Positions 54,661 to 64,000 of a DNA stretch of 64,000 nt are shown here, piece after piece. Below the pieces are notes generated by a model. It was not told the DNA's origin. It made no database searches and saw nothing but the letters and a program-made list of their open reading frames with translations. Within the stretch, counting starts at the first letter, position 1. Each line of letters starts with the position of its first letter. The translations under genes and the position numbers were made by a program. Source of the DNA: Octopus sinensis (Eukaryota); NCBI RefSeq assembly GCF_006345805.1, contig NC_043008.1, forward strand, positions 12,462,001 to 12,526,000. Direction: 5' to 3'.

Positions 54661-55403
54661 TTTATTTTTAAAATAATACTTAACACAGCACACAAACTTT
54701 TTCTTCAACCTAGTACTTGGAATATCCTGTGACTTCTGTTTGTTCTTAATCTAAATCCTTTCCCACCTTTTGAAATAATAACAACCAGTCAAGTGCAGCA
54801 TCTTTAATTTCTTCTCAATTCTTATCTTTTTACTACAGGTAGGGTTTAAGTAAAAGACTATTTATTCTTGCATTTTTCTGTCAGAATGAAGAAAATGTCT
54901 CACAAGCGAAGAAGATTTATCAAATAAGTGGTGTCATTTTCCTCAACTAAAAGCATTAATAGAATAAATAAGAGACGGCTAGGTTTAATTCAATTGAATT
55001 TCTACACTGCATTTGAAAACTGAATTTGTATTCTGGTTAAGGTGAACGACTTTGTATACAAGAAATAACAAAATATACTTTTGGAATTTCTTATCCTTTT
55101 GTTTTACTTCCTCTTTTAAATTCAGTTCACTGAACTAAAAAGCAATTAGCAAGACTTAGTACACAAGAGGAGGGGGAAAAAAAACCCAAAATATACATAC
55201 ATACGTATATATAGAAATATATATATATATGTGTGTGTGTGTTTGTATATGTGTGTGTGTGTGGTGTGTGTGTGTGTGTAGGTGTATGTATAATATATAT
55301 ATATAATATATATAATATATATTATATATATAATATATATATTATATATATATATATATAAACATATATACATATATATATATACATATATATATAATAT
55401 ATA

Positions 55404-55479
<76 letters not shown>

Positions 55480-56936
55480 GTGTGTGTGTGTATATATATG
55501 TATATATATATGTGAGAAAAAACAAAGGAGTAAATACACAACTTGAACTTATTCAACTTTGTAAAAATGTTCACATTATTTTTTGATTGGTTGCTGATTA
55601 ACCATGCTGAAACGAATTAGAAATACATAAATACATACATACATACATACATATATATATGTATGTATGTATATGTAATGTATATATGTATATATAGAAG
55701 CATATATATAGATTGTGTGTTTATGCATACCAAGATCGAGTTGAAGAACATATAAAAATTAAATTAAAGAAATATTTCATGTGAATTATCTGAAAATCAA
55801 TAACATTGTAAAAAACAAATTTTTTTCTAAATTGGTAATAAAGTTAGTCTTCCATTTCATAGTCTTGTTCTTGCAACTTATGAATACATATCAGTGGTGT
55901 ATTTATATAACATAAGTATTTAGTTTTGTGCTATAAAAAAATATCAAACTTTTAAGTAATTTTATAGAAGTTAAAAAGTGGTAGGACATATTCACAATGA
56001 AATAAACTAACACATAGACTTATATATATATGTATATATGATTTTTTTGGAAGTGTAGTATATACTTAGCTAGAATAGCAACAACATGGATTTCTTCCAT
56101 CTCCCTGCTCTGTTAAAATATTTGGGAAAATTATATTAATGTGTCCAACTAATTAAAATTCTATTTATTTGATGCGGCTGATGATAGCCCTGCATTTAAG
56201 CTGATGTAATGATTGCATTGTTCAATTAAATGGAGCTGCTACAAATGGTTGTACAGCATCACTTCTTGATATCCTGTTGCTTATTTTGATATATATAAAC
56301 CCACATAAAGAATATCTGTGAGAGGATTGCAGCTTGTGTGTGTTTCTATTGTTTTAAATGTTAAACATTAATGTACACTTGCAAGCGATTATGTTGCATC
56401 TGGTCTACTTGGATTTATATTTTCGTACATTCTGTTAAATGCATGCTGTAGCCTCAGGCAAGTGTATCACTCAGAATTCATCTGGTGAACGTTAAGGGAG
56501 GAAGAAGAGAGAGAAAATATTGTAAAAATGGCTCTAAATAATAATTACTGCATTCATACATACATAAATATATACATGCAGCATATGCCCTTGTTATTAC
56601 ATATTGACATACGTATAGGCCAGTACAAATATATACATAAATATATACATATATATATTCATATGGAATTCATTGCAAGCCGAAGTGCAGGACATGATGA
56701 AGACAGTTGAATAAGAAACTATGATAAACACACTCACACATGCATTTGCACACATGCATACATATGCATAATGCATGTATATGCATGTGAGTATATATAT
56801 ATATATATATATATACATAAATATGTGTATATATATTCATATATATATATATATACATATATATATGTATTCATATATAACAATATATGCATATATATAT
56901 ATGCATATATTTAAATATATGTATATCTATATGTAT

Positions 56937-56970
<34 letters not shown>

Positions 56971-57011
56971 ATATGTATATGTGTGTGTATATGTATATGT
57001 ACTTATATATG

Positions 57012-57043
<32 letters not shown>

Positions 57044-57168
57044 TAGACACACATGCACACACATACACAAACACATGCAAATGCAAATATACATAAATGC
57101 ATAAAGATGTATATGCACACATAAATACTCATACACATTCACATACATATATATAGAAATGTCTATAC

Positions 57169-57201
<33 letters not shown>

Positions 57202-58194
57202 CAATAAACATATCTGTTGATATGTGTGTAGTATATATATTCACGTATGTGTATGTGCATGTATATACACACACACACACACATACACACACATATATAT
57301 ACACACACATATATCCACACACATACACACACACATATATATACACACACACATATATACACACACACATATATATACACACGCATATATACACACACAT
57401 ACACACACACATATAATATATATATACACACACACATATATATATACACACATATATATACACACACACATATACACACACACGCACACACACACACATG
57501 TATATGCACACACATATTAGCTTCTTTTCCTTTTATATCATCAAAAGCCAGTTTCATATTCATTTATCAAAAAACAAAAAAAAACAAAACAAATCGTATG
57601 ATGTAAATGCTATAGACTTACAAGATGTCATAATTAAAATATGACATAAGGGAAGACAGTGTTTTATTGAGATATTTGCATGAAAATCAAACTTTGGTCG
57701 TAGATCTAAATAATCGCAAAACAATCGAATTCTTTGCAAGGGAGACACCATTGATGGCATCAAAGAACAGCATAAAGAACTATTTGAATAAAAGGAACAT
57801 AGACTGAATTTAATAGCTAAACTTGGGCCATATAGCGAAACTAGAAAGAAAAACAATCTTTAGATAAATTAAGGAAAAAAAAAATTATTATGAATATTAC
57901 ATAATATAATGAAATATACTTGTCGATATATTTTAAACATTTCAAGGGAGAAAGACAGTTTTCACATAATTCAACAAGAATTAAAATGACAAAAGAGGCA
58001 AACTTTGGTAAATTTAATTCGAAAAATTTTTCTCTTTGCATATATTAATTAATCCGGTTTTGTATTATGTGTGTGTAAAACTAATTTGCATTTTTGCATT
58101 TACATATAGTTAAACTCATGTCAATTAGTTTCAGATTGTCAAATGTGGATACTAGAATTTTAATTAACTTATCATGATTAATGGGATGCTTCAA

Positions 58195-58229
<35 letters not shown>

Positions 58230-58672
58230 TATATATATATATACATACAAATATATATATACATATATAGATGTAGATATATACATACATATACATACAT
58301 ACACACACACATATATATATGTGTGTGTGTGTGTGTGCTTGGAATGTGCCCAGTATGGAGCAAGGAAGCCTGTAGTTCAAATGGGGACTTAGTATGCATG
58401 TTGTAAAGACGGGATGTATTAGTTAGTGGCCAAAGGTCCTAATGAGAGCTCATTTATTTCACAGGTCCAGAGTGTGAATTTGTGCGCATGTGCAGTTTCT
58501 TTTGTCGGTTCTGAAGAGAACTTATTAATCAAATAATGATTATGCATTTGTGTCAGAGAGAAAAGGGGCAGTGGTTATGTATGCGTGTGTGCATGTGCGT
58601 CTGTGTGTATATATACACATAGACAAATATATGTCTATATAAATATATAAGCTCAAGCATATATATATGTAC

Positions 58673-58704
<32 letters not shown>

Positions 58705-58705
<1 letters not shown>

Positions 58706-58829
58706 CCGGAGTAAACACATAAATGTGAAACAAGGTGGAAAAAAAGAGTACTCAAATACCAGTGGTAGAGTAATATGCTTTATTTAAAAGCGGCAGAAAT
58801 TCAACAAAACCTGTTACTCGTAGTTTCAT
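58705..58829 (-). mobile_element. Partial copy of the 48675-48800 Penelope-like repeat, fused to a SINE 3' half (58830-58967)
   Basis: Reverse complement matches 48680-48800 and breaks just 5' of GAAAC. Confidence 0.7.
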
Positions 58830-60313
58830 GCTAAATCTCCCTGAGAACTACGTTAACGGTACACGTGCCTGTGGAGTACTCAGCCACTTGCACGTTAATT
58901 TCACGAGCAGGCTGTTCCATTGATTGGATGAACCGGAACCCTTGTCGTCATAAATGACAGAATGCCATAGTAATATCGAACAGCTGTTCATTTACTTTCC
59001 AACATTACTCTCTCTCCATTTATTTAGTACAACATTTTTCTTGCTTATTCTCATTTCTCTGACAATACACTACACTAAACTACCAACACTACACTAATAC
59101 ATAAACAGACTTGTGCTCTGTGTTTTTCCTTTTCTTTGTCTAACTCTCTTGTGTTTGAGAAATATTTTTTACCTCCTTAATGCCTCATCTTGAATCAAAT
59201 AATATATTAAGTAGTACCATAATTCATTCTAAGCTTGAGGCAATAGTAACCATTTTAGTATTCTGAGCATTATTCGACAATTATCTAATACCTTTTAGAA
59301 TATAATAAAATATTAGTTATGCTTTACTCTGAGCACATTAGCGAGAGTATTAATGCAGTTTTAAATGATGTTGCAAAATCATAATGCTACGCATTAAGAT
59401 GTCTGTGTGTTTATATGTGATGTCTCAGACCACATGTTGCGTACATAGAAAATAATGTGTGTTTATGTGTAATGTCTCTGACTAAGTGGTACATACGTAC
59501 AAAATAGAGACACAAGGAATATATAAAAGCAGACATCAATGAAATACACACCCTCGTGGTTCAAAATTATCTTAATGAAAATATAAGCTATAATAAGGTG
59601 GTCTCTGTGAGTGCATATTGTTATGGTAACTATTGGTAAGATGTGTCTCCATGAAAGCAGATACAGAAGAATAAGTGGAATACTAAACTACAAAATACAA
59701 AACAACAAGCCTTGTATATGATATAATTGACTATATTCATCATCATCATCATTGTTTAACGTCCATTTTGCATGTTGGCATGAGTTGGACGGTTTGACTG
59801 AAGTCTGGAGAGCCAGTGGCTGCACTAGGCTCCAATCTGATCTGGCAACGTTTCTACACCTGGATGCCCTTCCTAATGCCAACCTCTCTGAGAGTGTAGT
59901 GGGTGTTTTTTACATGCCACTGGCACAAGAGCCAGTCAGGTGGACCTGGAATCGATCGCGTTCAGATAGTGCTTTTTATGTGCCACCAGCACAGGAGCCA
60001 GTCAGTTGGCCCTGGCATCAACCACATTTGAATGGTGCTTTTTATGTGCCACCAGCATGGGTGCCATTTGCGTGATACCAGTATCTGCCACAACTGCAAT
60101 TTCACTCAGCTTGATGGATCTTCTTCTCAAGCATGACATAATGCCAGAGGTCTCGGTCATTGCTTCTGTGAGGCCCAACACTCAAAAAAAGCTCAACCAC
60201 ATTTCTTCCATAAGGCCCAATACTCAAAATGAACTCAGCCACCTCACCTCCGAAATATATATGAAATGAAATAAATGACAAACGAACAGGAAATTATATA
60301 ACAAACTTCATTG

Positions 60314-60392
60314 GCTTACAGCAGTTTCTGCTATAAGTTGCAGGTCACTCAGAGCAGGGTGCTAGTGCATCAATTCATAGCTTCCTCAGAGC
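60314..60392 (-). ncRNA. Minimal hammerhead-like motif, GUA site
   Basis: Minus strand: GCT CTGAGGA A GCTATGAATTG..CAACTTATAGC A GAAA CTGCTG TA AGC. Stem II has 10 of 11 pairs; stem III is one change from palindromic CAGCTG. Confidence 0.62.
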
Positions 60393-60734
60393 TTCAAAAT
60401 CTTAATGGAATATTAAATCTAAAGAGAATAATATTCACTTGAATAATTCTTGGAAACTACTAAGATATAAACTTAGAAAATAAAAGCATATTCAAACATA
60501 TTGTACAACATTTCTTTTGCAATATTTACTGGTGAGAAATCTTAATGCTCTTTTAATTTCTAAAGAGATAAATTATTTTGTGTTGTATTTGTGGTTTTTC
60601 ATTTCTTAGGTTCAATGTAGGTTTTGTGGGTTTTGTTTCTTTATTAGAAGTGAACTAAAACTCAATATTTATCATTTGCAGTTTTTTTTATCTTCTTTAA
60701 TTTTTGTATATATGTATATATATATATATTATAT

Positions 60735-60786
<52 letters not shown>

Positions 60787-60862
60787 ATCATATATAATAC
60801 ATATTTACTCTCACATTACATACGTGCATATGTGTGTGTGTATATGTGTGTGTGTGTATATA

Positions 60863-60895
<33 letters not shown>

Positions 60896-61938
60896 ATGTG
60901 TGTGTGTGTGTTTTTGGACATGGAGAGAGATTTTTTGAGCCATTACTGAAAACGAAAACCTCATAAAAAGTGTAATTATGGTTACATCTTTGATTTCTTT
61001 TTTTAAAATTTATTGCACTCATACCCAAACATGCAAACACACACACATCCACACACAGATGCCACATATGCATGGAGCCACCCCATTAACTCACTATCTT
61101 ATTTCTAACATTTCATATGTGTGCGTTTATATATGTGTGTGTGTGTATGTATTTGCATGCGTATGGGCATGTGTGTGTTTATGTGTGTGTCTATTTGTGT
61201 GAGACAAAGACACACACACACACACACATACACACATACCATTTGGTTCATTTAGTTTCTAGCTACCAAATTCTAAGGTTTGGACCAGCCTAAGTTTATA
61301 GTAAAATACACTTGCCGAAAATGCCTCACAGTTGGACTGAACCTAGAACCATGTGATGGACAGCAAACATCTAATTACATGAGATAATTTTAAAACAGAA
61401 TTTTTATCACCAATAAAGGGGGCGGTCACAAGCAGGTTAAACAGTGGAGGGAATAGTGAAAATGAGCCATCGACATTAAGTAACCCCTGTGTTAATAAAT
61501 GATTTGATATATGGATGTAATGTGTTTTTGCACTTTCTAAAATCCTTATGCATTAAATGTGCAGTACTTAACCGAAAATGCATGTTAAGAGCATCATTTA
61601 AGTGGAACGGCTCTTGATAATTACATTAGGGTATTTATGACGCCTTAGTGAACAGCAAAGAGAATTAAAGATGCAAAGTTATTTCAGGCGGCTTCATAGG
61701 AGTTGTGTAGTAATGATCTGATATTGTGATTCACGTCAAACCTTGAGATATTAATTCAATATACGTTTACAGACTTGTGGTGTTTGTATTCTAAGCTTTG
61801 TATTAATTATTCAAATAGTTACACAACTTCAAACATACTCGCAAACACGTTCGCACAATATATTCATATACACTCGTACCTACCACCGCAGTCGTGAAAC
61901 AGACGTGTTAAACACACAATACATGCTTTATGGCATTA

Positions 61939-62040
<102 letters not shown>

Positions 62041-62251
62041 TATATATATATGTATATATATATTATATGTATGTGTGTATATATATATGCATATGTATAT
62101 ATATATATATATTATATGTATGTGTGTATATATATATGCATATATGTATATATATATTATATATATGTATATATATATATATATATATAATATATATATA
62201 TATGTATATATATGTATATATATATGTATGCATATGTATATGTATGTATCT

Positions 62252-62283
<32 letters not shown>

Positions 62284-64000
62284 GGTTAGTTGCATTTCTC
62301 ACTAAATCAACAAAACGCTACAAATGAATACACTTGGATAACTAAATTAACTTGATTAAATGCAATAAATTACTTGACAGTAGCAGAGTGTTAACCATGT
62401 GGAATTGGTTTTGTGATGCGACAGAGTCATGTGTCAGCTACGTCTTTGATCCCTTTCATAGCAATTTTTATTTAACTCAATTAACGAACAGGAAAATGAG
62501 GCTTAATCATTTTCTGTTAATCTCTGTTGTTCACATAAATTTTCTAAAGTTCATTTACGCCTCATATATGGAATGTCTTCTTAGCAGGTGGGAGTAGATT
62601 CACGTCAATGAGTAATAAGTCACTGGAGTTATATCCAGGTAATATTGTCCATAGACAAAGGGATTTCACAAGGAACGTCATACATCTATGTCCAAGTTCA
62701 TGACAGAAATTCATTCCCAGGCATCCCAGGAGACCCTGTTTGTATCCCCCTTCCCAGTTTCTTTCATGCCCCTTTGACACCGTCCAGTGAGGGACGCCCA
62801 TAAAACATGTAGCGATTCTCAGAATATCACAATCTATTACTATTTGCTTACTCTTTACTCTTTACTCTTTTACTTGTTTCAGTCATTTGACAGCGGCCAT
62901 GCTGGTGCACTGCCTTTAGTCGAGCAAATCGACCCCAGGACTTATTCTTTGTAAGCCTAGTACTTATTCTATCGGTTGTCTTTTGCCGAACCACTAAGTT
63001 ACTGGGATGTAAACACACCAGCATCGGTTGTAAAGCGATGTTGGGGGGACAGACACAGACACACAAACATATACACACATACACATATATATACATATAT
63101 ACAATGGGCTTCTTCCAGTTTCCGTCTACCAAAAGGCTTTGGTTGGCCTGAGGCTATAGTAGAAGACACTTGCCCAAGGTGCCACACAGTGCGACTGAAC
63201 TCGGGACCATGTGGTTGGTAAGCTTGCGTAGATCTTGCTTAGATTCTTTTGGTCTTTTCTTTCTTCTTCCATCTACAATAGTTTCAGTTTTTCTTCTGAA
63301 GATAACTGGTTAACTAAATAGTAAGTCAAGTGATATTCTACACTGCTCTATAATTACACAAAAAACCCTCACCACTTAGACTCATCTATTGACCCCTCAG
63401 ACAAGTGCTGCATTTATTGATGAAATCAGTTTTGAAATGCAATGAAACCAAATTTTCTAAAACATGGAACAATCCTTGATTTTCTTGAAAAAGATCAGTT
63501 TTAGGAAAGGAGAACCTATTGACGTTTTCAGGAAAAGAATAGGTTGTAAGATTTACAAGTAGTTGGTTTTTTAAACCTGATAGTTTGAGAACTGTGCAAA
63601 TACGCATTTAAGAGTCATGTTTTCTCCAATAATTCTGTGCTGAAATCACTGGTGATAGTTCCACGTAAAAAGCATGAAACACCAAGTACACTTTGTAAAG
63701 TGGTTAGTGTTATGAAGGGCACTCAGCTGTAGAAACCATAACAAAACAGATAATGAAACCTCCTGATTGTCCCAGCTCCTGTAAAGCTGTCCAACCCATG
63801 CCAGCATGGTAAATGGATGTTAAATGTTGATGATGATGAAGTAGACAAAATAATAGCTTTTGGAGAGGCTCCTGTGCAGGTGGCACATAAAAAGCACCTG
63901 GTGTAGCCATCTGGTTCGCCAGACCTCAGTCAAATCGTCCAACCCATGCTAGCTTTGAAAGCGGACGTTAAACGATGATGATGATGATGATGATGAAATT

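Overview
Eukaryotic, very AT-rich, microsatellite-saturated DNA. The SINE/MITE repertoire and (TA)n/(TAT)n/(CAT)n arrays look like an Octopus (coleoid cephalopod) genome; this is inferred from recognising the repeats, not from a search. Almost the whole window appears intronic to one + strand gene for a Dpr/ZIG-8-like two-Ig-domain surface protein: one Ig exon (8689-8979) and a 45-nt in-frame micro-exon about 30.7 kb downstream (39663-39707). The first and last exons were not found. Nearly all ORF-track entries are microsatellite or SINE artefacts. Transposon remnants include RTE and R4/Dong LINE 3' ends, a mariner 5' end, Merlin-, hAT- and piggyBac-like MITEs, two Helitron-like copies, a solo LTR with its empty site nearby, and dozens of SINEs. 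The most striking signal is about 11 minimal type-I hammerhead-ribozyme-like motifs from several unrelated Penelope-like repeat families, mostly beside microsatellites. They include two fully canonical cores, a G3-C8 compensatory variant, fold-back copies, and one copy whose homology ends exactly at the predicted cleavage site. Two near-identical duplications are probably assembly artefacts. All structures were read by eye; none was computed or tested.
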